A stretch of 64,000 nt of DNA from Dehalococcoidia bacterium (GCA_009692665.1 SHYT01000005.1:57758-121757); one strand, 5' to 3'. Positions 48,985-57,971 are shown, counted from the stretch's first letter. Program-made: numbers and translations. The notes: a model not told the origin generated them from the sequence alone.

Positions 48985-49395
48985 ATGTTGGCGAAGAGAG
49001 CAATGGTCGGGGTTGCAGAGTATTTAGGGCAAAGAACCGATGTCCAACAGCCACATATCGCACCCGCGCCCGTTGGGTCTCTATGCCCATTCATGGGCGG
49101 CACATGCTCAAAAGTTGCACAAGGCAACAAGCCAATTTGTTCGGTGCGTGGCGCAAACGGCGTCCTCTGGATATCTTGCAGGCATCGGCTGTGTTCTACC
49201 CGCACTAGCCACCCTCTCTCGGCTTACCAACTTGCCTTACTGCTTGAAGTAGCTAAAACAATTTTTGGCCCCGCCATTCTTGCTGCCGATGTGGGTGTCA
49301 GGCGGGAAGTCAGCATGCCTGCCGGGGGGGGGAGGCACATTTCCCACGTAGATTTCGTGATGGTGCTCAGCGATCCAGACGCCGTCAAGCCCTAG
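48985..49395 (+). pseudogene. Probable remnant of a NotI-family-like restriction endonuclease (N-terminal Cys4 module only)
   Basis: CPFMGGTCSKVAQGNKPICSVRGANGVLWISCRHR follows the CPF..C.K..(V/I)C(S/V)V..W..C.(N/H)R spacing I recall for NotI. The 3' third of this ORF is antisense to an LLM fragment, so it is not real coding. Confidence 0.35.
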
Positions 49396-49494
49396 CTCGT
49401 CCAGATACTTCATCAGATCCAGCTCCTGGAGCGTGATTTCCTGAGCAGTTTTGCCAGGGGATACTTGAAACAGATGAACGGTGCTGCACTTCAT
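49237..49494 (-). pseudogene. N-terminal fragment of an LLM-class (group 1 luciferase-like) oxidoreductase
   Basis: MKCSTVHLFQVSPGKTAQEITLQELDLMKYLDELGLDGVWIAEHHH matches the LLM N-terminus. Similarity ends at a C9/G9 tract (49324-49332), and the frame stops after 85 aa. Confidence 0.5.
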
Positions 49495-49682
49495 GATGTG
49501 CCTCCGTTTTGCTATGCAACATACACGGAGAGTATAAACCCCCATCAGAACATGTTTATCCTGTGGCCCATGGGGAGAGCAGGTGACGCAGAGGCTCTGT
49601 GTGTCCAGCTTGACGGCCCCTTCTTCGGGCGGCTCTTGGGCGGTCTCGCCCTGCGCGGTATGCACGCGGAGCAGCTGGAGAT

Positions 49683-50354
49683 TCAGCGTGTTGAAGCCGA
49701 CGCAGGGAGCATGGTCATGCCGAATTCTTCTGCCCATGCTGCCGTTACGGCTTTCCGCACCTCTTCCATCTTTACGGGTGCGCCGAGCTCTTGCGCTAGG
49801 GAGGTTGGCTGTTTGTCTGGCATGCCGCAAGGGACGATGCGGTCAAAGTAGCTGAGGTCTGTATTCACGTTCAGCGCAAAGCCATGGGATGTGACGCCGC
49901 GGCTGACTCGGACGCCGATGGCCGCCAGCTTCCGGGCGCCGACCCAGACGCCAACACCGGCCTGGTTGCACGACGCGGCCACGCCCAGCCCAGCCGCCGC
50001 CTTGATAAGCACTTGCTCCAGCGAGTGGACGTATTGCACCGGCCCTATCCCCAGCGCCCGAAGATCGAGAATCGCGTAACCCACTAGCTGCCCGGGGCCG
50101 TGGTAAGTCGCCAGGCCTCCGCGGTCCACGTGATAGACCATGGCGCCAAGCCGGGCTAGCTCCTCCTGAGAGGCCAGCACCTCGGCGTCCTGCCCGCGCC
50201 GGCCAAGAGTATAGACGTGAGGGTGTTCCAGCAGCAGTAACGTATCGGGGAGAGAGCCGGCTTGCCGCTGCTCAACCAGCCGCTTCTGCAACGCCCACGC
50301 CTCGCCATAGGGAACAAGGCCAAGCTCGGAAACCAGACATTCTCGATACGCCAA
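49683..50354 (-). CDS. lipB: Octanoyltransferase LipB
   Basis: LLLLEHPHVYTLGRRG, VDRGGLATYHGPGQLVGY and KLAAIGVRVSRGVTSHGFALNV. Confidence 0.93.
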   Translation of the reverse strand: MAYRECLVSELGLVPYGEAWALQKRLVEQRQAGSLPDTLLLLEHPHVYTLGRRGQDAEVLASQEELARLGAMVYHVDRGGLATYHGPGQLVGYAILDLRALGIGPVQYVHSLEQVLIKAAAGLGVAASCNQAGVGVWVGARKLAAIGVRVSRGVTSHGFALNVNTDLSYFDRIVPCGMPDKQPTSLAQELGAPVKMEEVRKAVTAAWAEEFGMTMLPASASTR

Positions 50355-50607
50355 GTACGACTCCTAGAATCAGCGAGAAGGGAGCCAGCGAGATGGCAGA
50401 GTACCAGCTAGGCACGGAGGGCAATAGCAGCGTCCGCGATATTTATCTGTCTTCGGTATACCATGTTCCCGCAACATGTTCCCAGCGTACATGAACCAGA
50501 CAGGCAATGAAAACACCTAACATAAACGCCGCAAAGGGAGGAAAGGGCGGACTCAAAACCCCGGCCCTCCTGTTTTGTCATCATGACCGGTCGCCACTGC
50601 GAACAAC

Positions 50608-51189
50608 TCACGCGCCGCACAACGGCAACGCGCGCAAAGGGGTCAGGCTGAGCTGCAGTTGCAACTGGCTTCCCACCGCGATACGAGATTTCGGAACTGC
50701 TCCCGCTGTCAGCTCGATGGCGTACATGGCTACTGCACGCGGCGTATAGATAATGAGCTGGTTGTCCGGCGCGCCCGGTTGTGGAATCATCGTCTGCACA
50801 TCGACCACCAGCCCGTTGCGGTCAACCCACACCGCATCAAGCGGTAGGAGCGTGTCTTTCATCCAGAATGCCCATTTGCTCTCGCTGGTGTAGACGAACA
50901 CCATCCCATGTCCCGCCGGCAACGACTTCCGCTCCCTCAGTCCACTTTTGCGTTCGTCCGCGGTGTCTGCGATCTCCAGCGTCATCATGCACTGTCCCAG
51001 AATGGCGTAGCCCTCTACTATTCGGTCAGTGAACGATGCGATAGGCGTTGGCGTAAGGATTGTTTGCGGCGAGACGGCAGAGGACGGCGGCGCTGGAGGC
51101 GGCTTTGGCAGAGCGCCGCCCGCCTTGGCGCAGGCAGCCACGAGCAAGAGGCTAGCCAGAATCAAGAACAATGAGACGGGGCGTTTCAT
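50608..51189 (-). CDS. DUF192 (COG1430) domain lipoprotein
   Basis: Lipobox LLLVAAC. GLRERKSLPAGHGMVFVY and FWMKDTLLPLDAVWVD. Confidence 0.8.
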   Translation of the reverse strand: MKRPVSLFLILASLLLVAACAKAGGALPKPPPAPPSSAVSPQTILTPTPIASFTDRIVEGYAILGQCMMTLEIADTADERKSGLRERKSLPAGHGMVFVYTSESKWAFWMKDTLLPLDAVWVDRNGLVVDVQTMIPQPGAPDNQLIIYTPRAVAMYAIELTAGAVPKSRIAVGSQLQLQLSLTPLRALPLCGA

Positions 51190-51254
51190 TGCCGACCCCT
51201 TTAACCTGGTTCCATTGGTGTGCTCCTCAGTGGAACGCAGGCCGCCAGTTTTGG

Positions 51255-51842
51255 TTAGGAACTCGCTAGCTTTTGAAGGGCATGCCGCACCCTGTCTTCA
51301 AGCGAAACACTCTTGCCCGATGGCGCCTGTCCCAGCGCGCGCTGCGCCTGCGCAGGCGTATAGCCAAGAGCAACAAGGGCGTCCAGTGCGTCGTCCTGCT
51401 CTGGGTGTAGTACTGCGCCCTCTTTGAGTAAGTCGCTTTCTTTCTGCATTTTTTCACGGAGCTCCAGCACCAGCCGCTCAGCGGTCTTTTTGCCAATGCC
51501 AGGCACCTTTTGCAGCCGCTGCGTGTTGCCGGACACAATGGCGACCGCCAGCGCCTCCGGCGTCTCCGCGCCAAGCAGTCCAAGTGCGCTCTTGGGTCCG
51601 ATGCCCGAAACGGTGACCAGTAGCTGGAATAACCGGAGCCCCTGGGTTGTAGGAAACCCATATAGAGAGATGTCGTCCTCACGGACGACGAGCTGGGTGT
51701 GCAGGCGAACAGCATCGCCCACCTTCCCCAAGTCCTCGATAGTTGCGTTTGGTGTAAACACCTTAAGGCTGACGCCACCAACGGCGACGACCACAAACGA
51801 ATCGCTAACTGCCTCAAGTAGGCCGCGGACGCCTGTAATCAT
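51255..51842 (-). CDS. ruvA: Holliday junction DNA helicase subunit RuvA
   Basis: MITGVRGLL, FQLLVTVSGIGPKSAL and LQKVPGIGKKTAERLVLEL HhH motifs. Confidence 0.93.
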   Translation of the reverse strand: MITGVRGLLEAVSDSFVVVAVGGVSLKVFTPNATIEDLGKVGDAVRLHTQLVVREDDISLYGFPTTQGLRLFQLLVTVSGIGPKSALGLLGAETPEALAVAIVSGNTQRLQKVPGIGKKTAERLVLELREKMQKESDLLKEGAVLHPEQDDALDALVALGYTPAQAQRALGQAPSGKSVSLEDRVRHALQKLASS

Positions 51843-52396
51843 TTCTGTGAGTCCCGGATAAGTGCGTTGGTCTGCTGCTGCTGTGCATGGCAGAGGGCAA
51901 CCGCCAGCGCGTCGGCGGCGTCGGCAGGCTCCGGTTTCACATCAAGACCAAATAGGAGGCGAATCATTTCTTGAACTTGTTCCTTTGAGCTGCCGCCACC
52001 GGCGGTCACAGAACGCTTTACTTCAGCAGGCGCGTAACGAAACACTGGCAAGCTGCACTGCGTTGCCGCCAGCAGCGCGATCCCCTGGGCCTGGCCGACA
52101 GCGATTGCTGACTTGGCGCTTGTCCGGAAGGCATCATCACCGTTTGAACGTGGAACAAATGGCTCTTCAATAGCGAGGGTGTTCGGTTTCCAGACGTGAA
52201 GAACATCCATAAGCCCGCTGTAGATGCGTTCGAGGCGCCGCTCCACTGGAGCAGATGCGGGTGCGCGGAGGACGCCACAGGTCAGGTAGTGAGGCATGCT
52301 GCCCGCAAGCTCCAGAATGCCATAGCCCATGCGGAGCGTGCCGGGGTCTATCCCAATGACACGGTGGAGCGCCGGTCGCAACAGACGATCGGGCAT
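51839..52396 (-). CDS. ruvC: Crossover junction endodeoxyribonuclease RuvC
   Basis: VIGIDPGTLRMGYGIL, LAIEEPFV and DAADALAVALCH. Confidence 0.93.
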   Translation of the reverse strand: MPDRLLRPALHRVIGIDPGTLRMGYGILELAGSMPHYLTCGVLRAPASAPVERRLERIYSGLMDVLHVWKPNTLAIEEPFVPRSNGDDAFRTSAKSAIAVGQAQGIALLAATQCSLPVFRYAPAEVKRSVTAGGGSSKEQVQEMIRLLFGLDVKPEPADAADALAVALCHAQQQQTNALIRDSQK

Positions 52397-52402
52397 GCGT
52401 GC

Positions 52403-53161
52403 TTACGCTGCAGCAGTCTTGTACCGCTCGATGACCGCCTCAGGGAAGTCGGCGTTCGTGGCAACGCGCTGTACGTCGTCCATGTCTTCGAGGCGGTCCA
52501 GCAGCCGCAGGGTCTGTTCCGCGCTGCGTTCATCAAGCGATGCAAGCGTCTTAGGCACCATGGTCAGCTCTGCGCTGGCAATCTTGACGCCCTTCTGTTC
52601 CAGAGCCTTACGGAGGGTATCGAAAGCGGCTGGCTCGCACCGGATCTCAACAGCGCCGCCATCCACAGTGAAGTCCTCAGCACCCATGTCGATGGCGTCA
52701 AGGGCCACGTCGTCGGCCTTCTTGGGGTCGACTTCCACGGTCAAGACGCCCTTGTTCTCAAATGACCAGCTCACAGAACCCGCAGAACCCATCTTGCCGC
52801 CGTTCCGCTCCATGATGTTGCGGATTTCATTCACCACGCGGTTCTTGTTATCCGTGACTACGAAGATGAGGATGGCAGCACCGCCGGGCGCGTACCCCTC
52901 GTAGAGCGCTTCTTCCAGCGTTGCACCGTCGGCGCCGCCGGTTGCGCGCTTGATGGCGCGGTCGATATTGTCCATGGGCATGTTGCCCTCGCGCGCCTTT
53001 TCAACAGCAAGCCGCAGGCGTGCGTTCATGGCAGGGTCAGGGCCACCCGACCGGGCGGCCATCATCAGCTCACGGGTGAGCTTGGTGAAAAGTTGGCCAC
53101 GCTTTGCGTCCGCAGCGCCCTTTGCGTGTTTGATTGTTTTCCATTTTGAATGTCCGGACAT
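52403..53161 (-). CDS. yebC: YebC/PmpR-family DNA-binding regulatory protein
   Basis: MSGHSKWKTIKHAKGAADAKRGQLFTKL is diagnostic of the family. Confidence 0.93.
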   Translation of the reverse strand: MSGHSKWKTIKHAKGAADAKRGQLFTKLTRELMMAARSGGPDPAMNARLRLAVEKAREGNMPMDNIDRAIKRATGGADGATLEEALYEGYAPGGAAILIFVVTDNKNRVVNEIRNIMERNGGKMGSAGSVSWSFENKGVLTVEVDPKKADDVALDAIDMGAEDFTVDGGAVEIRCEPAAFDTLRKALEQKGVKIASAELTMVPKTLASLDERSAEQTLRLLDRLEDMDDVQRVATNADFPEAVIERYKTAAA

Positions 53162-53220
53162 ACGTCCACCTCTATAGCTGGAGTTTTGCCTCGGTCCGTA
53201 TGCTTGCCGATGCGCTGCCT

Positions 53221-53448
53221 CTAGATGATTTGAAGCGTTGCTCGAGTGCCTTGCTTAACCGCAGCTACGCGCAACATCAGCCGGATGGCCTGCGCCACGC
53301 GTCCCTGTTTGCCAATAATGCGTCCCTTATCCTCTGGCGCCACCGTCAATTGAATGACCAGCACCCCATCTTGTTCAGACTCGGTGACCTGAACCGCCTC
53401 AGGGTTGTGGGCCAGTGATTTGGCGACGTATTCCACAAGTTCCCTCAT
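53221..53448 (-). CDS. KH-domain RNA-binding protein (UPF0109/YlqC)
   Basis: EDKGRIIGKQGRVAQAIR (GxxG KH loop). 75 aa, immediately after rpsP with a 4-nt overlap. Confidence 0.88.
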   Translation of the reverse strand: MRELVEYVAKSLAHNPEAVQVTESEQDGVLVIQLTVAPEDKGRIIGKQGRVAQAIRLMLRVAAVKQGTRATLQII

Positions 53449-53705
53449 GCCGGCTTCTTGACCTTTTCTAACACTCCCAGCCGCTTCAGCATCTGCTCAA
53501 CCGCGAGCGAAGGCTTTGCGCCTTTTTGCAGCCAGCTTACCGCTTTTTCTTCCTCAAACGTGACTAGCGGCGGGTCCTGGCGCGGGTTGTAAAAGCCAAC
53601 CTGCTCCAGGTACTGGCTGTCTCGCGGCTTCCTGCCGTCGATCACGACGATTCGGTATGACGGCTGCTTGTTCTTGCCAACACGGTGCAATCGCATTCGG
53701 AGCAT
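53445..53705 (-). CDS. rpsP: 30S ribosomal protein S16
   Basis: MLRMRLHRVGKNKQPSYRIVV and FYNP. ATG 53705 follows GAGGAGG. The track ORF extends further upstream. Confidence 0.92.
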   Translation of the reverse strand: MLRMRLHRVGKNKQPSYRIVVIDGRKPRDSQYLEQVGFYNPRQDPPLVTFEEEKAVSWLQKGAKPSLAVEQMLKRLGVLEKVKKPA

Positions 53706-53832
53706 GAAAGGGGCAACCTCCTCATTAATGGCGCAACACAATAGACGCTTGAATTCTAGACTTTTGGCTTGCAGGTGTCAACGACCACGTGCGCCGCTAC
53801 TGCCTGAAAATGAGCATGCTATCATTACCTGC

Positions 53833-54546
53833 ATGACAGAACGTACACGTGACGTCTTTGATTTCCACACCCATACTACCCTCTCCGACGGCATAATGGC
53901 TCCTGCTGAGCTTCTCCAGCACGCGATGGACAACGGCTACAAAGCCATTGCGGTCACTGATCACGTTGATGAGCTGAGCGACATTGAGCGTATCCTGGAA
54001 GTTCTGGTCCGCGAGTGCGAACAGGCAAGCAAGACGATGGACATCGTCGCCATTCCCGGGGTGGAGCTCACGAACCTTCCACTAGACCTCATTAACGATG
54101 CCGCGATCAAAGCACGACAGGCGGGCGCGCAGATTGTCATTGTGCACGGCGAAACGATTAGAAACAGTAAGGACCTGGCTCCCCGCGGCACCAATCTTGC
54201 TGCGGTCAGATCCGCACATGTGGATGTGCTTGCTCACCCTGGATTGCTGACAGAAGAAGAAGCAAAAATTGCCAGACAAAATGGCATCTATATCGAGCTT
54301 AGCTCCCGCAGGGGGCACTCGCTCACTAACGGCCACGTTGCGCGCATGGCGGTCGCCGCGGGCGCATCAATGGTGGTGAACTCGGACGCGCACATACCGG
54401 AAGAGTTGCTAACTGCGCTGCTCGCTGACCACGTTGCGCGGGGTGCAGGGCTGGACGCCCAGCACGCGTTGCAGATATTGCAGTACAACCCGCGTTTGCT
54501 GCTGGGGAAGCTGGGCCGGCTACCGGCGTCGCTGGCGGTCCAGTAA
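53833..54546 (+). CDS. PHP-domain (histidinol-phosphatase-like) metal-dependent phosphoesterase
   Basis: FDFHTHTTLSDG and AVTDHVD, with VIVHGE and NSDAH. The start is set at MTERTRD. Confidence 0.82.
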   Translation: MTERTRDVFDFHTHTTLSDGIMAPAELLQHAMDNGYKAIAVTDHVDELSDIERILEVLVRECEQASKTMDIVAIPGVELTNLPLDLINDAAIKARQAGAQIVIVHGETIRNSKDLAPRGTNLAAVRSAHVDVLAHPGLLTEEEAKIARQNGIYIELSSRRGHSLTNGHVARMAVAAGASMVVNSDAHIPEELLTALLADHVARGAGLDAQHALQILQYNPRLLLGKLGRLPASLAVQ

Positions 54547-54613
54547 TCACAACGTGAGAGGAGGCGCACGTAGGTGCGCCCCCTTCTAGCGGTGGCTTGC
54601 GGGAAGCGACGTG

Positions 54614-54760
54614 CTAGCTTGCCTTCTCAATCCTGAACAACTTGGTCTTGCAGACAGGGCAGGTGCCCTGGATGGCGGGGCGCCCATTCTTGAGCGTGGT
54701 TTGCTGAGGATTGGAAATCTCACGCTTGGTGCGGCATCGCAGGCAGTACGCCTCAGCCAT
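54614..54760 (-). CDS. Small zinc-ribbon protein (48 aa), DUF5679-like
   Basis: My translation is MAEAYCLRCRTKREISNPQQTTLKNGRPAIQGTCPVCKTKLFRIEKAS. GGGAGG lies upstream of the ATG. Absent from the ORF track (below 60 aa). The + strand ORF 54611..54826 is its antisense. Confidence 0.7.
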   Translation of the reverse strand: MAEAYCLRCRTKREISNPQQTTLKNGRPAIQGTCPVCKTKLFRIEKAS

Positions 54761-55005
54761 ATAGCCCTCCCATTAGTCAGGTACGGAGAACATAGCGTGG
54801 CAGTTCTCAGGTGTCAAGGGCAGTGAGAGCTTGATTCCAACCATAAAACATACGCACGCAGCAAGCATCGCTGTGTTCCGAGGTGGTACCATAGGTTGCA
54901 AGTGGCGCAGTCACAACACAAGAAACAGTGGGTCATCACGAGGAGGTTCGTATACACAAGAACACAAAAGTCCTCAAAAACCTGGCAAAGTATTAGGAAA
55001 AAGTA

Positions 55006-55034
55006 TTGATAAATAGATAAAACAGTTCTAATAC
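55006..55034 (+). promoter_or_regulatory. Candidate sigma70-type promoter TTGATA-17-TAATAC, flanked by AAAGTATT repeats
   Basis: Hexamers at 55006-55011 and 55029-55034. AAAGTATT occurs at 54988-54995 and 55000-55007 and is inverted as AATACTTT at 55030-55037. The tract is AT-rich. Confidence 0.45.
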
Positions 55035-55115
55035 TTTGATTACTTTCTGATGCCGTGGCCCAACGAGGACACCTGTTGAGGATCACGCCAAGGGTCAAAT
55101 AAATAGGAGGAACTC

Positions 55116-55712
55116 GTGCTCTCACAGTCTTCTAGCCCCGCCATGTCCCCGCTCTCGAAGGAAGCTGCCATAGTCAATGAAGGCCCCTTTTCCCCAAACC
55201 CTTCCCAGCGTCTTTCTGACCGCCTTTCCTTCCGAAGCCGCCAGGCCATGTTCCAGGTTTCGCCGACTCCCACGGCGCCGCGCACGCACCATTCCGTGTT
55301 CCAGCTGCCGAAGTTCCGGATCTCCTCTCCCGCCGAGCGGACGCCGCTTCGCGCGGAGACGAAGCCGCCGCTACGCATTCAGCCTAAAGAACAGACCCGG
55401 CAAGAGCCTGAGCCAAAGCCAGTCATGCGCCGCGTTCACCCAGAGATTCACGCAGAGATTCCTCACGTCTGGACATGGGAAGACTGGGGCCAACAGTCGG
55501 AGCGGGATATGGCGCGCGTCTCCCGCGGCCTCGAAATAATCGCCTCAGGCGCGGCCGGTGCGCTCATTGGCGTGACCATTGCCACTGCACCGCTTCTGAC
55601 GGATCAGGCGGCCGCGTTCCCTTACCTGTTCACAATTCCCGCGGGCGCTACCGTCGGCATGCTTGCCGGGTACGTCCTGGGATACAAGCGCTGGTCAGTA
55701 CGCCGCCACTAA
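55116..55712 (+). CDS. Hypothetical protein: disordered Pro/Ser/Arg-rich N-terminal region and two C-terminal TM helices
   Basis: GTG start 6 nt after AGGAGG. The C-terminus reads IIASGAAGALIGVTIATAPLL...PAGATVGMLAGYVLGY. No family recognised. Confidence 0.55.
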   Translation: MLSQSSSPAMSPLSKEAAIVNEGPFSPNPSQRLSDRLSFRSRQAMFQVSPTPTAPRTHHSVFQLPKFRISSPAERTPLRAETKPPLRIQPKEQTRQEPEPKPVMRRVHPEIHAEIPHVWTWEDWGQQSERDMARVSRGLEIIASGAAGALIGVTIATAPLLTDQAAAFPYLFTIPAGATVGMLAGYVLGYKRWSVRRH

Positions 55713-55759
55713 GCATTGGATATGCCAACTGAGGACAGTTGGCGCGTCTAAGGGCATAT

Positions 55760-55800
55760 AAGACCACCCCCATCCGGGACCCGGGTTGGGGTGGTCTTTT
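55760..55800. terminator. Bidirectional rho-independent terminator
   Basis: AAGACCACCCC...GGGGTGGTCTT stem with an inner CCGGG/CCCGG pairing, followed by TTTT. Lies between convergent genes. Confidence 0.8.
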
Positions 55801-55831
55801 CGCAAAAGGCCAAAGCGGAAGTGCAAGCGGA

Positions 55832-56335
55832 CTACAAGACGATATGCCCATTCGTCTTAGGGCAGATGTGCTTCCCAGGACCTATGGGCGCCGTACACAG
55901 GGGACACAGCGGGCGGCCAGCAGCGCACACGCCTAAGGCTTCTTCCATAAATGCGGTCATCTGCGTCCGGCTGCCAGACATGCGGATGGACACGCGGTCT
56001 TCGGCCGTAGATTCTTCATCGCTGAGTTCCAGGATAAACCGATCGCCGCGACGGTCGTAACCTAGCACCAGCCTGCTAACCTGAAACTCCACGTCCGGCA
56101 CGGTGCGGCGCTCCGCCAGTGGCCCTGGGACGGAGGCGTCCGGTTTTGCGCCATTAGCAGAGAGGAGCTCTTGAAGGCCCATGGCAAGCTGCAGGAGCTC
56201 CTGTTTCTCTACCCACGCCAGCACCCGGCCGCCTTCAGCGTCAATGCGGACGTTGAACCTGCGCTCTCCGGGGCGGCCCACAGCGGCTGCTTTGATAGCG
56301 TGGACGCTGCCAAATTCGCGGCGCGGCGTGGGCAT
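55832..56335 (-). CDS. DUF3090-family protein
   Basis: AVGRPGERRFNVRI and the C-terminal GRPLCPLCTAPIGPGKHICPKTNGH, characteristic of DUF3090 as I recall it. Confidence 0.72.
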   Translation of the reverse strand: MPTPRREFGSVHAIKAAAVGRPGERRFNVRIDAEGGRVLAWVEKQELLQLAMGLQELLSANGAKPDASVPGPLAERRTVPDVEFQVSRLVLGYDRRGDRFILELSDEESTAEDRVSIRMSGSRTQMTAFMEEALGVCAAGRPLCPLCTAPIGPGKHICPKTNGHIVL

Positions 56336-56629
56336 AACAACCTCATCGTGACCTGCTCAACGGTATGATACCACGGAGGGCGACGATACCGGGACGGCGC
56401 GTCCCGCCGGGCCCCTAGCCACCGAATATAAGGTGCTGTTCAGGGTCTTGGTGTTGCCATCCCATTCCTGGAGGAAGGGCTCGACCCAGTGGATGTCGCG
56501 GTACTCTACACGATGGACTACGTCCGCACACGCTTTCGTGAGCCAACTGCCCATAGCGACATCGCCAAAGCAGAGCGCTACGCCAACTGATGGGTTAGAA
56601 GTTACAACGCCTTGCAGACAGTGTCCCGA

Positions 56630-57571
56630 TCAGGACACCTTCACTCCAGCAGACTGCGTTGACGTGGCACGAGACGATGGCTTGCTTGAGAAGAGGTCCT
56701 GCGCCACTTCAATAAACGCGCTGGGGGGGCCGGCCAGCCGCGCTCCTTTGCGGTGAAACAGAGTGGTGGAAAGGACCACCTGGAACTTGTCCTGGATGTC
56801 CACCTGCACCAGCGTGCCGTCCTGCTGTTCACGCTCAAACGACGAGCGCGGCAGCAGCGAAATGCCCAGTCCAAGCTCCACGATCTTCTTTGTAGCTTCA
56901 ATGCTGTCCATCTGCATGGTGACCTTGGGCACAATGCCCGCCTGCTGACACGCGTTGTTGATGGCAGTGTAGTAGAAGGACCCAGCGTCATAGAGGACAA
57001 GAGGCTCCTTGGCAATTTCCATGATGGATGCCTTGCCTGCCTTGGCAAAGCGGTGCTCAGGATGTGTCACCAGGACAATGTGCTCGTCAAATAGCTGGAT
57101 GGGCGTTAGCTCATGGTGCTGCATGAACCGGCCCAGACCAATCTGTACTTCATCGTTGAGGAGCATATCTACTACACCGGCTGAGCGCCCGGTGCGCACT
57201 ACGATCTCAATCTCAGGGAAACGCTGCCGGAAAACGTGGAGCAGCTTGGGCAGTGTGTAGGTGCCAATCGTACGCGCCGTGCCAATGCGCAAGAGGCCAG
57301 CCTTGGTCTTGCGGAACTCCTCTAAGCCTGTCTGGCCTTCTTCTAGCGCATGCATGGCCCGCTCAGCATAAGCGAGAAAGAGTTTGCCCGCCTCCGTCAA
57401 GCGGACAGAGCGGGTGCTGCGTTCAAAGAGTGACTCACTAAGGTCCCGCTCCAGGGCCTGGATACGAGCAGTCACCGTGGGCTGGGTCAGGAACAGCGCT
57501 TCCGCAGCGCGCCGGAAGCTCTGCAATCGCGCGACCTGGATGAACGCTTGTACCTGACCAAGTTCCATCAC
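56630..57571 (-). CDS. LysR-family transcriptional regulator
   Basis: FIQVARLQSFRRAAEALFLTQPTVTARIQALE HTH region. 313 aa. Divergent from the CoA-ester operon. Confidence 0.93.
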   Translation of the reverse strand: MMELGQVQAFIQVARLQSFRRAAEALFLTQPTVTARIQALERDLSESLFERSTRSVRLTEAGKLFLAYAERAMHALEEGQTGLEEFRKTKAGLLRIGTARTIGTYTLPKLLHVFRQRFPEIEIVVRTGRSAGVVDMLLNDEVQIGLGRFMQHHELTPIQLFDEHIVLVTHPEHRFAKAGKASIMEIAKEPLVLYDAGSFYYTAINNACQQAGIVPKVTMQMDSIEATKKIVELGLGISLLPRSSFEREQQDGTLVQVDIQDKFQVVLSTTLFHRKGARLAGPPSAFIEVAQDLFSSKPSSRATSTQSAGVKVS

Positions 57572-57971
57572 ATACCCCCAAGATTTGTTTTACACCGCAG
57601 CTACCAGTGGGACTTCGCATGGACAGGCTCCAACGAGGGATGACGAACCGCCTTTCGGTACTGCTCTCATTTAATAGCTTCGCTTGCATTTGCTCCGCTC
57701 CACACTGGGTGCTGATTAACTCGCCACCTGGCTGAAAACCGGTGTGAAGGCCCGTATTTAGATGCATTTTTCAGTCTACGTCCACGGTTTTTCCAGATAG
57801 TTAATTTGACATGACCACCCATGTCAGGCTGGTGGCAAAGTAAGAGCAATATGTCACGTCTATCAAATCTATCGGAATGTGCGATTTGTATTATACAATG
57901 GGCTGCCTCTACAATCTCGGTGGGCCTACTAATTCCGTAAACCCTGACAGCGGCGGCTTTATGAGGTAGAT

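Noticed and set aside
49465-49851. Continuation of the NotI-like frame across the TAG at 49393-49395 into ORF 49465..49851, which would give a 289-aa protein
   Set aside because: The stretch 49320-49494 is better explained as the antisense of a convincing LLM N-terminal fragment, and 49683-49851 is antisense to lipB. The apparent DFVMV / IQ..DF similarities to nuclease motifs are too weak.
54611-54826. 71-aa plus-strand ORF from the track
   Set aside because: It is the antisense shadow of the 48-aa zinc-ribbon gene (54614-54760), which has a proper Shine-Dalgarno sequence and a recognisable CxxC...CxxC architecture.
56357-56554. 65-aa minus-strand ORF between DUF3090 and the LysR gene
   Set aside because: It has no Shine-Dalgarno sequence and no recognisable motif, and the composition is compatible with chance in GC-rich DNA. 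It is left uncalled, though it could be a remnant of the kinase-like gene that often accompanies DUF3090.
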